Positions 1 to 13,519 of a stretch of DNA of 64,000 nt are shown here, one piece after another. A program made the translations under genes and the position numbers. Source of the stretch: Callorhinchus milii (lineage: Eukaryota); assembly GCF_018977255.1 (NCBI RefSeq), contig NW_024704742.1:65412001-65476000 (forward strand), read 5' to 3'. The notes beneath the pieces are model-generated. The model made no database searches, was not told the origin of the DNA, and was given only the letters and a program-made list of their open reading frames with translations. How positions within the stretch are numbered: position 1 is the first letter of the stretch; every line of letters starts with the position of its first letter.

Positions 1-260
1 TTCTTATTAATGGAGTAAAGTACAGGACCATAAAACATATTGAGTAGTAAACATAGGGAACAGGCTCCCTAAGGAGACAGTGGAAGCAGAAAATGTTGTT
101 TGTTTCAAGAACAACTTAGATAGATTTCTGCCAGAAAATAATATCTCGGGATACAGTATATAGTTTGGGACACGACATGTCAAGTGACTGCCAGTGGAAG
201 TGATGGTGGAAGACGAACTAGATTGTTCTTGGTCTTCTTTCGCCTAGCAAATTCTTATGA
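1..260 (+). mobile_element. CR1-like LINE 3' end (related copies at ~20240-20390 + and 33045-33430 -)
   Basis: WNRLPKETVEA..FKNNLDRF motif and shared tail CTTGGTCTTCTTTC.CCTAGCAAATTCTTATG. Confidence 0.75.
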
Positions 261-1989
261 TCCTAATTGTGATCTGTGTGTGTGTGCGCACGCGCTTGTA
301 TATATCTGTGTGTGTGTGTGTGTATGAGGGCAACTTTGTGTGCATATGTTTTGCCTACAAAATAGAAAGTTGCAAAACAAAATCAGTAAATCACTGTGAA
401 TCCTGTGAAACGTTTTAAAAGGTCTTGCGATAAGGGGCAATACCAAAGGGTTATTGTAACTATTATGTGTGTATGTCTGCACGCTTTTTGTGTCTGCAAG
501 TGTAAAATCAGGAGCAAACTAATCAGATGTTAAAATGCGAAACAAGGGCGTATATCTGTCTACTTGTGTGTGAGAGGAACAGCAAGGCTGGGGGGGAAAT
601 ACAACCCCCCCTGTGAGCTATTTTGTTGTCAGTATTTCCAGATAACTTGCGTTGAGTTGTGACAAATCCTTTCTCCTCACAACATAAAAACACAGATGGG
701 ACCAAAAGTTCTTTTCTACCCTCCGTTTCCATTCCCCCCCCACCAAAGAAGTACTCACCCCACCCACCCCAAGCCAGCGTATTGCTAATTAAATTGGGTC
801 CTGAGTAAAGGAATGTATCTGGCTGTGCGTGTCATGTTAGGTCGTCTTGTTAACTTTTGGGTGTTTTTTGCACTAAACAGGCTGGGAGAAAGTCTGAGGT
901 GAGGTCCTCTCACACAGCTGTTCCCAGGCCATCCATCCGCTGTAAAACATGGCTGTGATGATGGGTGGGGGTTGGGGGTGAGAGGCGCAACAAAGCACTG
1001 AGCCGAGCTCAGCAAAGGTACAAAGAGAATACTCTTCCTTCTATCCCTGCATAAGTAAAGCATTCTGGGATGCTACCCTGCGTGAGGGGTGCTATATAAG
1101 TGCAAGTTGTTGTTGTTTGTAGGATTCAAACAAGCCATGGTTCCTTGTTCTACCGATAACTTGCACTTACATAGCTCCTTCCACATAATAATAATTGTTG
1201 CATTTGATATAGCACTTTATTATGTAATTGAGACATCTCAAAGGGCTTCACAGAATTATTGTAGAGTGGATTGATTTGTGTATTTTGTTGGCAAAACACT
1301 GGAGCCAATTGTACTAGTTAATTAAACACCTCAAAACACGTTACTGAGGTGTAGCGGGAGCGTGAACAGGATGGGAGGTAGCAGGGGAAAGAGGGGGATG
1401 AGTGAAGGCAGAGATAAGAGGGACATTTTTAAAAAGGGTTTTGACAGCAGAGAGGTTTTTAGAGAGCAGAGGACAGGTGACTGAAGGCTTGGCTTGCCCA
1501 CTGCTTAACGTTGCAGGGGGCATGAAGCAGGCCAGCCACGTGTTTGGCAGAGCGGAGGGAATTGGGGCATGGGAGGGGGGAGGTGCTGGAGCTTGAAGCC
1601 ATTTGACAGTTTCTCTGATGGGAGGGGGGAAGGTTAATTGAGCCTGGATGAGCGAGGCTGGGTGGACGATGGGGGTGATGGGCTTGCGGAGTCTGGTATG
1701 GGAACAATTGTTCAGCACCTTGGGACGCCCTTCCGGCATGAAAGGCGCTTTATAAATGTAGTTTTGTTTTTATTGCATTGTGTGTTTTTTTCATGTACGC
1801 TTTTCCGCAATTCTATGTGGGTTATAAATACATTTAAATAAGTAAACAAACAAACCACCTCAAACTGAAAGGAGCCGAAAGAAGAAAGGAAAAGGGGTAG
1901 TTGCAGTTTGGCTGCTGCCCCTCTCGCTGTAAGAGTGGTCAGGTCAGTTTCTGTCTGCCTGTGCTGTGTGCCACCCAGAGCACTGACTC

Positions 1990-2290
1990 CACTGACTCCC
2001 CATCCCCCAGAGGATTGAGTTCAGGATCCTCGTCCTTTTAAATCCCTCCCTGGTCTTGCCTCACTCTGTGGCCTCCTAGAGCCTAACCAACCTGCCCGCT
2101 CCCTTTGCTTGGCAGTCGCTGGTCTGCTTCATGTCCCCTGCTCTGCCCTCCCCAATATTGACAGTCAGACTTTCTATCCACTCTCTACTCTGTGGAACTC
2201 CATCCTTCACCTCGCCCCTCCCATCGCCTCCTTCAAGGTCCGTCTCAAGATCTTCCTTTTGTCCGTGCCTTCGTTCATTTTTCCTTCCAC
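1990..2290 (+). mobile_element. L2 LINE 3' fragment
   Basis: LH.LPIPQRIEFRILVL..TLWNS motifs shared with other L2 copies. Confidence 0.8.
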
Positions 2291-4330
2291 CCCCGCTCTT
2301 GGCCCCATCCATCCAGCACTGCAATGAAGTGCCAGCTTAGTTTGTGAGTTTAAAGTCTTGATGTTGGCTTCTATTCACAACCTTTTGCTTGCAACCGGCT
2401 GATACCTGGCTCTGCATGAAAAGCTATAGCCATTGTGTGAAATACAAGGTTTTTTATTGTTTAGAAATGATTGGGATCTAAAATGCGATGTTCCTCATGG
2501 GGTTTAAGTGTGAAATGCGGGATTTCTAACTGGATACTTTGAAGCACAAGGAGCAGATTTGAAGTAGATTTGGAGTTGTAGTTCATTGGGGTTAAAGGGT
2601 AGGGAGAAAAAGCGGGGGAGTTGGAATAGGATTTGAAAGCTCCTAGTGGGACGCTGAGACCGGCTCAGACACGATGATCTGAATGGCCTACCCTTTGCGT
2701 ACAGTAAGCTCTCCTTGATTCTACAATTGCGTATTGGATGCAATTTATGGAAATCTGGTTTAGAAAGATGATTTCCTTCTGACTTGAGTTTGCTGAAGAG
2801 CTCAGGTATGACCTGTTAAGTCGTCTTTGGTATCGCTTTTGGTCACTAAATTGGTCGTGTTCTTCACATGATTAAGGTTAGGGAGGGGAAAACCAGTCAG
2901 GGTTCCTGCTCCTGGTCCCTCCATAGCATCATTGAGTCCTGTATCTCAGTGCTTAGAGCACTTGCCTCGCAAGCGAGAGACCTGGGTTTGATTCCCGAGC
3001 AGGAGGAAACGGGCAAGTTTCCTTACTCCACACTCCTCTGTTTACCTAGCAGTAAGTAGGAACCCGGTTGTTAGTCGATTGGCGGATTGCTTTTCCGGGC
3101 GTAATAATTCCTTCAAAAAAAATTGGTCACTCAATCCAGGACTGTTTGGAGCTATATCAAATGCAAGGATTATTATTATTATTATTATTATTATTATCAC
3201 ATCTACTGATGAATCACATAGTCTAAGCAGACATTCCACTCAGTGCTACATTGCTGGCGGTGCTGTGCTTCAATTGAGATGTTAATTGAGGTCCCATCTA
3301 TGGGGGAAACGTGGGAGCACAGCAATGTCCCATAAACAGCTGAGGAGTGAGTGACCAATTTTTCTTAGGGGATTGTTGACCCGGACACTGGTAGAAACTC
3401 CCTTCTCTTTTTGAATAGTGTTATGGGATCTTTTAACGTCCACCAGACCAAGCACAGACAGGGAGCTCGGTTTAACCTCTCATCCGAACGATGGGAATGA
3501 ATGTTGGTTATGGTGGTGATGGTTATGAGGGTTGGGTATTTATGGTGCTTCAAAAAAAGCAGGACAGTGGTGAACGAGTAGCAGAGCCTCTTTAGCAGTT
3601 TGTTCTGTGTGGGCCAAACTGATGGCACGTCTGCTCTGGTTACAGAAGGGCAAAGCTGCGGCTGTATCTTGAACAGCTGAAGGAGCTGGTTCCCCTCGGC
3701 CCGGACTGCACCAGACACACCACGCTGAGCCTGCTGAAAAGGGCCAGGAGTCACATCAAGGTAAGACAGCAGATCAGGGTTTAAAATGAGGAAAGGCAGG
3801 CGGTGAAGGGGGAGAGACGTGGTGTGGGAGAGAGAGAGAGACAAAAGGAAGGATGAGGGAGAAGGGTCAGGAATGTGTGTGGGAGTTCCAATGGAATTCC
3901 CCATTGACTTAACAGGAAAATATACATCACTGGGGAAACCCAGGCAGTGTTGTGTAACTGGAAGTGCTCTGGGTGGCTCACAGCACTGCCAGACGGGAAG
4001 TGACCTGACCACTCTTACAGCGAGAGGAGCAGCAATGGTCCTGGCCACGTACACGAGTCCCCTGTTGACCAGAGCGGTTTAGCTCCCGTGCTCCATCCAA
4101 TGATGCTGCCCAGTGCGAGGAACAATGTGAATGAACAAGGCCTCCTTTCCAACCCGGTTCTGCACCTTGTGAATGTTGTCAGGTTAAGGTTGTGGGAGTT
4201 GCTCTGATCAGCAGAATGTTTGCAGACCAGACGCTGTCGTTTGAGAACATGAGAGTCTTTGCTGGACCCGTAAATGTTGATTGGGGGGAGGGGGTGGCCG
4301 AGATTCCCTCAAAAAGTTACTAACAGCTGT

Positions 4331-5410
4331 AACAATAACAACAACAAAATTACATTTGTATAGCGCCTTTCATGTCGGGAGGATGTCCCAAGGCGCTGGT
4401 CAGTCAGTTACAGATCCAAGCTGAGGGTCAAGGGCGGGAGGGCAGGGAGATTCAAAACACGGTCGAAGAGGAAGGTCTTGAGGTGGGTCTTGAAAGTGGT
4501 GAGGGAGGGGGCGAGATGGAGGGTCTGCGGAATAGAGTTCCAGAGGGTGGGCGCAGAGTGGCAGAAGGCCCGCCCGCCGATAGTGGGGCGAGCAAGGCAG
4601 GGGATGTGAAGCAGACTGGAGTCCACTGAGTGGAGGGTGGTAGGGGGTTAGGAGGTCGGTGAGGTAGGGGGGAGCAAGACGGTGGAGGGCTTTGAAGGCG
4701 AGGACCAGGAACTTGAACTGTATCCTCTGTGTAATGGGAAGCCAGTGGAGTCGGGCGAGGATGGGGATGAAGGGTCACAGAGTCTGGTGCGGGAGAGGAC
4801 ATGGGCTGCAGAGTTCTGGATGATCTGCAGCCTGTGGAGGGAGGAGTTGGGGAGGCCGACAAGTAGTGAGTTTGCAAAGTCGAGCCTCGAGTAATGAAGG
4901 AGTGTATGAGGGTTTCGGCGGCCTGCGGTGTGGGACAGTGTCGGAGCCGGGCGACGTTGCGGAGGTGGGGGAAGGCAGAGCAGGTCAACAGGTTAGTTGA
5001 GGATCAAACAATACCCCAAGTTTCCGGAGTGGCTTAGCATGATGGAGTGTGCAGCCATGGAGGGGGATGCTGTCAGCGCCTGAGGTGTGGAGGCCCTGAC
5101 GGGAGCCAATCAGGAGAGCCTCGGTCTTGTTGAGGTTCAACTGAAGAAAGTTAGCTCTCATCCAGGACTTGATGTCTGACAAGACATTCTGTCAGGACAG
5201 CAGTGGTCCTGGAGTCCAGAGTGGAGGCAGAGAGGTAGAGTTGGGTGTCATCCGCATACATGTGGAAGTTGACCCCATGTCTGCGGGTGATGTCACCGAG
5301 AGGGAGCATATAGATGTTGAAGAGGAGGGGACCAAGGACAGAGCCCTGAGGAACGCCACACGAGATGGTCCAGGGGCTGGAGGAGAAGCCGTTTGAGGAG
5401 ATGAAGTGCA
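4331..5410 (-). mobile_element. L2-clade LINE, 5'-truncated, degenerate RT C-terminus and 3' tail
   Basis: [36 protein letters not shown] motifs; (GTT)n tail; frameshifts. Confidence 0.92.
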
Positions 5411-5684
5411 GGCAGTGTGAGAGGTACAATCTGAACCAATCAAGGACAGCCAGTAAAGAAAGTGCCTGGGAACCTTTAAAGAACCTGGGATACCTTGGGG
5501 AAATTGTCCAGAAATAGTTGCCGAGTCCAAAACTAGAGGGTGCAAATATAAGATTACCAGCAGCAGATCTAACAGGGAAGTTAGGAGGAGCTTATTCACA
5601 CACAGGTTGGTGAGGATGTGTGTGGTTGAAGCCAAAAGGGTCAATGTATTTTGGAGAGAATATGATGCATACATTAGGGATAAC

Positions 5685-5935
5685 ACCAACAACAATACAT
5701 TTGTATAGTGCCTTTCACGTCGAGGACTTCCCAACGCGCTGGACAATCAGTGTTTCGGACCTCAGATGCGAGTCGGGATTGGGGGGGGTGGGGGGTAAGA
5801 GGGTGACCAAACGCATGGTCGAAGAGGAGAGCCTTAAGACGGATCTTGAGGGAGACAAGGGAAGGGACGAGGCGGAGGGACTGCAGGATGGAGTTTCGGA
5901 GGGTGTGGGCAGCGTGGCAGAAGGCCTGCCTGCCA
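5685..5935 (-). mobile_element. L2 3' end nested in a CR1-like 3' fragment (~5530-6030)
   Basis: AACAACAATACATTTGTATAGTGCCTTTCACGTCG tail; flanks resemble the CR1 end (GGGCTAAATGGCCTCTTT). Confidence 0.7.
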
Positions 5936-6127
5936 AGAGGAGAATAGAAAGTTCGTGTGGAGATTAAGCATCAGTACGGACGGTTTGGGCTAAATGGCCT
6001 CTTTCCCTGTCCTGTCGCTCTGTGTGACTTTCGTGTAATAATTTCACGATTCCCGTTGGTGAGGTGTTCTCAGAGTTCCGGAGCGCTTGCCTTCAACCGT
6101 GACGTTGTCTCTTTGTGACCGGCACAG

Positions 6128-6296
6128 AAGTTGGAGGAGCAGGACAAGCGGGCTCTGCACCAGAAGGAGCAGCTGCAGAGGGAACGCCGGTACCTGCGGA
6201 GGCGGCTGGAGCAGCTCTCTGTGCAGGGAGTGGAGCGTCTCCGCACCGACAGTCTAGGCTCCACCATCTCCACCGATCGGTCTGACTCCGAGCAAG
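6128..6296 (+). CDS. MXD4: MXD4 (MAX dimerization protein 4) penultimate coding exon, leucine-zipper end
   Basis: cag|AAG acceptor and G|gtac donor; encodes [56 protein letters not shown], closely matching MXD4 [30 protein letters not shown]. Confidence 0.93.
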
Positions 6297-6864
6297 GTAC
6301 CGGCCATCAAACCCCAGTGTTACACTTACACATCCAGCTGACTCCCAGTCCTTCACAGAGGAGAGTGAGAGCCCCAGCTGGGGGAAGGTAACCAAAGGTG
6401 GGGAGGGAGGGGTTGAGTCAGACAGACTCTGGGATGGAGTTGCAGAGAGTGAGTTGATCACTGCTGAGTGGAGGGAGTGATCAGAGCGTTAGGGTGGGGA
6501 TGAACTTGGACCTGATTCCCTGGGGGGTCGGGGGGTGGTCTGTGGGGCTAGTGCAGAAGAGGACAAGGCTCACTTCAGCTGTCTGCAAAGAGGGCAAGTT
6601 GGTCAAGATGACCATATGAGGAATTTCAGAGCTGGGGCTTGGTTTTCAGAGAGTGTTCCCTCACACAAGATCAGCTGCTTTAGGTGGGAATATGTCCCTT
6701 AGATCCAACAACTCTGCATTTATACAGCGCCTGTCACACAGGGCAACATCCCAGAGCACTTGATACTGATTTCACCATGAAGGGGGTGGTGATGGTTTCT
6801 TCTGATCTCCAGCTCTATTGATGTTCTGTGCTTGTCTTCCCTCACCTACCTCTCACGTTTGCAG

Positions 6865-7019
6865 AAGCTGACGTGGACATTGAGGGGATGGAGTTTGTGC
6901 CGGGCGAGCTGGACAGTGTGGGCAGCGGGAGCGACGCTGACGACCACTTCAGTTTCCGCAGCAGCTCGAGCGACAGCGGCTACGCTGATTCCCGCACCAT
7001 CACACCGCGACTCTCATAG
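6865..7019 (+). CDS. MXD4: MXD4 last coding exon
   Basis: Pyrimidine tract + gcag acceptor, phase-compatible (G|AA=Glu); ADVDIEGMEFVPGELDSVGSGSDADDHFS..RLS-TAG matches the MXD4 C-terminus VDIEGMEFGPGELDSVGSSSDADDHYS. Confidence 0.93.
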
Positions 7020-10000
7020 CACCCGCCCACAGCCTCCTCCTCCGAACCTACACCAGACCAGGACCACCCCACAACCGAGGGCACTTAAAAAAATAAAAGA
7101 AAAGAGGAAAAAGAAGAAAGTGGGAAAAAAAAGGAAAAGAAAACATCCGGTCTCTCTCTCTCTCTCGATGTTAAAAAAAAACTGCCACTCTTCCTGGGAC
7201 GCTCCCTCCACGAGTAGCTCTTGCCTCGCCCAAGGCCCCTCTCGCACATCTTTGCAGCCTCCTCTTCACCCCCCCCACCCTGGATCAGCCCGACACCGAC
7301 TGACGCCTCTGATCGGGATTGCAAAGGATGGTGTGATTGGTGCTCTGCGATTTTAAAAAGAAGAATGAAGAGGAAAAAAAAAGCCAGCTCTAATGATTAG
7401 CCATACATGTAGCGTATTGATTGTTTCTATTTCACTCTTTTGTTTCTCTGTCCTTTTGCCCCCCCCCACACGCCCACGCATGGTTGCGTTCTCTCCTACT
7501 GTGGCGATTTCTGACATGAAGTTATGACTGGTGCCAAACCACCGCCCCCCCCCCCCCCCCCAAATACTCCCATGCTGTTTCGGCACGGAGGGGTTGGGCC
7601 GAGTGACCTGTGTGGTTGTGTTTGGGCAGGAGTGAGATTGTCTCCCCTCAGCTAATCTATTTGCAAGGCAGATCACTCCACCCGCTCATGAGGGGCTGGT
7701 GGGGGAGTGGGAAGTGTTTCTTTTTTTTCCCTCTCCCTGTTGTTTATCAAAACGTTTGCATTATATATATACATACATATATATTTTTCTTTTAATTTAG
7801 AGCATTTTAAGTAAAAGAACAGTATTGTAATTCAGGCTAAGTGGACAGTATGTATGTTTTTGTTGTCTCCTTGTAATCTACAGGAGTTGGTAAGTGTTAT
7901 ACAGGATAGTCTTAACCACAGGAAAAAAACGCTCCCACGGTGTGCGGCAAAAAAAACATGGCTTACGCTTTAATCGCCGATTATACACCCAAATACATGG
8001 CAGTTTTGATATATGTAGTTTGAACTGCTTATATCGGCTTATATTGAAATAATAGCAATATGGAATACATTTTTTCACGATCAGCTTGGGTTTAGTCATT
8101 AGAGCATGGCTTACTATTACTATTACAATGGACCAGTCTTTTCATTACATTCTCAAGAAAGGTCTCTTTGAAAGGAAAACACACGCAAAAAAAAAAGTAC
8201 AAAAAAGGTTAGTCAAGTAATTTTAGCCAGTGTAGTCTAAATTTCCTGTATCAAATTTTGTATTATATTTTCCTAAATGTTATCTAAAAACCATGCTTGT
8301 TGGGGTTGGGGGTGGGTGGGGAGGGAGGGAGGGAGGGAGGGAGGGAAAGATGATACAAGACCCAGACTGGAGTCTCAGGGACTCACACTTTGCCATTGTC
8401 ATATTGTGCCTTGGTCACCATTTACTCGAAGCTCTTATCATCCTCCCAATCGCTGGCATGTACGTCCTTCCCTTGCCCGTACAACTCGAGTGGATAATGA
8501 GACTAATCTCATGGCAGCTCTCGCTCGTCCTTGTTTTGCACTCTTGCCTTCTTGCTTGGAACTTGCCAGTGAGGCGGGCGACACAACTGCGGGTCACGTG
8601 ACCCGGACCCTTCAGCCTCCCCAATCTTGTGGTGGGGGACAGGTCGAGGGTCAGACTATGGCAGCTGAATAAGAGAACCTTTTAACAATAACAAGTCCTT
8701 TTGTGTATTCGCAAGTTCCAGCAACGGCTAATATAGAAGTTTAAAAAAACACACAAAGTTAAAACTCTCCTTGCGGGGAAAATAGCACAGCAATATTTCA
8801 AAATGGTGTTTGGTTGTTGGACAGCAGAGATGTTTCGGTAGTGTGTGTGTGTGTGTGTGTATGTTTGTGTGTTTTGTTGCTACAAGCAAGCATTCATTTC
8901 CAAATCATGGAAGCAATATTTTTCTTTGATTATCATCAACACACGTACGTGACTGTTAAAATAGGATCAAATATATTTAAAGAAAAGAGAAATGTTTGCA
9001 GTTCAATTCTTGGTGAAAAACACTAAGATTAAAAAAAAATAGTGATGCTGTTTACTGAAAGTGAAACTCTTGCACAGACCTCCTGTTTATAACCAAACAC
9101 GAATGTGGGGGGTGGGGGGGAACGGGGAAGGGGAGAGCAGAGTGGCTCTCTCGCCCACACTAAGTGTGCAGATGCATAACTCCCAAACATTAATGTTGGT
9201 ATGTTTTTTAAAAAAATGTAAATAAATTGATTAGCCCCTTTCACATGGCATTTTTCTGGCACAAATGTTCAAGATTAATACAGTCAGACCTGTTCAAGCA
9301 ACTACCTCCATTCAACAATCACCCCCTGTTAACAATCACCCATGGAACAGCCCGGTTCACACACCAACGAGCCCAGACTCAGATGCCACTTTGGCCCAGT
9401 CCCCCTGAGAGGTGGTTGAAAGCAGGTTTTACTGTATTTTAATAGGCGTTTTACAAAGAAAATTGCAGCTGAATGTGTTTTCAGCGGTGACCCTGGGATT
9501 GCTGGTGCAAACGCTGTATTCGACTGTATCATGTTGCATGATCTCTAGCTCAAGCATTTGAGGGCTTCCTATGACCGAATGAAGGTTTGAACCTTTAAGG
9601 ATAAAGCTTTTAATGCTTCTGGCTCCCTCTTTTAATCGACTAGGACTAGTCAGGAGCTCGTGGGACCAGGCGGGCCTGGGCAACGTTAATTTGTCCAGTA
9701 TGACAAATGCTGGTGTCGGGTTTTATTGGGGCAGAAGGAGAGAGAGGTGGCCTAGTTGCCCACCCTCTTACCCCTCCCCTCCTCCCAATCCTCTTCACTC
9801 ACCTTGTTACATGAACATGGAGGCAGACGGGAAACCCAGGCCTCTGTGCCATTCCCGATCTGGCTGCTGTAGTGTCTTGGGAATGTGACTTAATTCTCCG
9901 ATGTATCGTAAATGTTTCCTCTCTAAACCTGAAGGTTTTAGTGGTGGGTAGAAACTTGTCCTGTTGAAATTTGTGAATTGCAGCCTGTGTACATGGTGTT

Positions 10001-12020
10001 AGTACACTAATCGTTAGATACCCGGTCAGACCCTTCTCATTATAATCCTCACTGAGGAGGAGGCCAGTCAGCCCATTGTGCCTGTTTCGTGCCAGTTCCT
10101 GCACCTCTTTAATTTCATTCCTCTGCTATCTGGCCTTCTGGAGTGTCTTTAACCATAGTGGATTTTGCCTGTTGCTGGCACCTAAATTATGATGGTCGGA
10201 TTGAGCAATGCGCATTAAACAGTGCCTCCTCGCCCTCCTGGCTAGGTCACACTTGATGTGCACACTGGGCATTGCAGTGGCCTCCACTTGGACCGCTTTT
10301 GGTTACACGCACAACAGTCCAGAGCACCCGCCCATGTGACCCGTCATATCTTGAGTGTACGTTAGATCTACTTTTGATACAAGTGTCCTGGGCCTTGCTG
10401 GAGACGGGGTCGGATTTGCATCAGACTTGGGACAGTTTAATATCACGGTGAGTGTTGCATAGGAACCGGTACTGACCGACTACAGAGTCAAGCCTGTCAT
10501 TTAAGTGAGTCTTGGTGGCGGCAGATCAGATCAATAGGGATAACAAATGTGGGATGAAAATCACAGTATAATGGTGTCAATACATTGCTGGAGTTTGAGC
10601 ACTGCCACTGATACTCGCAGATTCTCAGACCAGGCAAAGTGGCCTGAGTTTGTGCACCACCCCATTCCAAGGTGCTGACATTATTTTATTCCTTGCACCC
10701 TTTTCCTACCAAATTCCCGATGCCGCACTGAAGCTCCCCATTGGGTGCTGGACAATATCGTCCTTGGACACGACTCCCTCTGATGATCAGGCCTGACCCA
10801 AGACCGAGTGCAAACATTGCCTGAGTATTTCTTCAGCCGTTAAATACCACTTGTGAGGGAGACGTGTAAACCTCAAACTATTATCACTCAGGAGTTATTA
10901 GTCTCTTTTCACCCTTCCAATACCTTCCCCACCTATCCCCAGAACTTTTGGAAGAAATTCCAAAATTAACCAGCTAAACATAGACTTGCCTCGGAACTTC
11001 CATAAGAAACCCACTTACCTAACCCTCACCTGCAGATGCCTACTGTTGCATTAGATCTCAGAAACCCAAACTGGAGGGTTCATGTGACAAAATCTATAGC
11101 ACTTAGAAGAGTTAACGTCAAATCCCCACAGCCATCAGACTAGGGTAAATCTAGACTAGCAAGTGCGTTACCAATTGATTTAGTCTAAATTGGGTGTCCG
11201 ACGTGGCGACTGCAATGGAAAAAATCATGTGGAAGTGATGTGCTTATGTTTTAATTCCCCTCGATAATAGGAGTTTTTTTTTTAGCAGCTGAGTAAAATA
11301 TTTTGGGAGAAAAAAAATGTACGTTTTATATTTTGAAGAAGGTCCCCTACAGACCAAAACTGTTTTCACATATTGTACGTTTGATTTACCGCAATGCTTT
11401 TCTTTTTGCTTTGGATGTTTCTGGTTTATTGTTTATGAAGAATAATATCGGCCTACTCTGATAACAGCCCATTGGTAATTACTAGGCCTTTCAAGAAGGT
11501 GGAACATTGCTGCAGTGTTAATTTGTACGCTCCTTGCTAACTTTGCTTCTGATTTTCTTTTTAAAAAAAATGTTTGAAATGTCACCCACCAAGTATTAGC
11601 AGGCAATTCAGTTCTGAATTGGAATCCATAGATTCCCTTGATTTTTTAAAATTTCCAATCTTCCCTCAAAAAAAATAGCATTCAAATTGCGAGGTGTCAC
11701 CAAGCGAGTTGAGAGTAGAAGCTGAGGCAACTCCCAACTTCTGTTGAGCAGATTCCTTTTCTCTGATGCGAAGCTGTGGACATACAACAGTGGGCTTTGT
11801 GAATGGCTTGAGGTACACTGGATGGGTTCTGTGCCAGAGACCTGTGAATATGTATTGTTAAGGAGCTTTTTTCAGTATAAGAATGCTTTATAGCTCCTAA
11901 GATGTATAATATAAGTTCACACATACGTGGTGCTGGCTACTATTTGTAGCACGCTGAAGGTAATGTGTTGTATCATTCTTTCATTGTAATATAATAAAAC
12001 ATTTTTTTACATCATTTGAT
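7020..12020 (+). other. MXD4: Putative long MXD4 3'UTR ending near AATAAA at 11993-11998
   Basis: ~5 kb without recognisable SINE/LINE copies, AATAAA followed by U/GU-rich tract; repeats resume at ~12090; alternative AATAAA at 9221. Confidence 0.6.
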
Positions 12021-13519
12021 TTGTGCTCGTGTTTCGTGATTATTTAACTCGCCCACGTTTGAATCAACTCTCTCAATGACTAATCAGTCTGTCCTGGAAT
12101 GTCAGCCTAGACTATATGCGTTCAAAGCCCTGACGTGGGGCTTGAACCCACAACCTTCTGACTCAGAGGTGAGAGTACGACTGAGCCATGTTGATACCTA
12201 GCAAATAAATATGCTAATAAGACTTCAAACTGGTTTGTACTCTAGCGTTGATAGAGGGGGGAATATGAAGTTAGAGAGTGAAGTTAATAGCTGCTCTTTC
12301 CCTCGCCTCTGGTGAAGCTCAGCTGGGAATTTCTTAATTAAGAAATTAGTAAGAAATACTGTGAAACGAGCCCCAACTTTTATCGAGTTCCTTGCTGATC
12401 AGTGCCAATTCTATTTTTGCCACTGCAGTTTCAATGATGTAATCTGTAGACATTGCTGCAGTGTCACCAACTGCAGGGAAATGAAATACAATTTAACGCT
12501 ACGGTACCAACACCTTAAACTCTTGTCAGGAAAGGCTACAATTTGTATCCCTCAGATTTCTGATCTTTGTATTTCCCTTGGCATTTCCCGATCAGTGATT
12601 TCTCCCCCACTCCCCCAGCAATGATTTAGCATAGTTACAGGATTCGCTTTGGCTTTGCACATTCTTCTCAAATTATTTGCTCAGCTGGGTGCTTTCCCCA
12701 GGGACAATCCCAACAGGCTGTTCCTTAGATGGCAAAAGGCTACAGCAGATCACAGCTTAAAAACCAGTACAAAGAGCCGCCTATAAGGTGGTCATTAAAG
12801 TCTGGTCTCACTCCAGCTCCTGGCATTAAATGCTGAATTAAATACTGGCCTGGTTTTGCACAGAGCAAACAAAAGCTACCACTTCTTTGGATTTATTGTT
12901 TAATTTTGAACAATTTCAAATATCCTGTTGATCAGCAATGGCTTCTTCCCCTCGGTGACAGAATCACCTATTACTTGGGTCAATAGAAAAGTGTGGAAAT
13001 ATTTGCCCCAAATTGCGGGGAGATTTGCAAGCCTTCGGAAAATTGCGGGGGTGTTTTTGACAAATTTTGCAGAAAATGGTGGGGAGTTGATTGGTGCTAT
13101 TGAGGTACATTTTACTGCCAACCTCCATTTTTTCACTTTATTGATGGAAACAAAACATGAGGAAATAACACAAATTAGATTGTTGCAAAAAAATATGAAT
13201 TGCTTCTTTAACAAAAACTGGGTGACCATTTTTTTTGGGGGGTGGAGGGGGTACACCAGCTCGGCTACAGGAGCTCTTAGAGTCCAGCACCGCACACAGA
13301 CCCAGAGAGACAGCGACATACACTCACAGACACAGAGAGACACTCAGAGAGACAGAGAGCGACACGCACACTCACAGACACAGAGATACACACTCAGACA
13401 CAGACACAGTGAGACAACACTCAGACACAGATATACACACTCACAAACACAGACTTACAGACACAGAAACACATACAGACAGGGACAGAGACACAAACTC
13501 ACTGACACAGAGAGAGACA

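Noticed and set aside
9613..10104. ORFs within the MXD4 3'UTR
   Set aside because: Short, non-ATG or weak starts, no domain similarity or splice support
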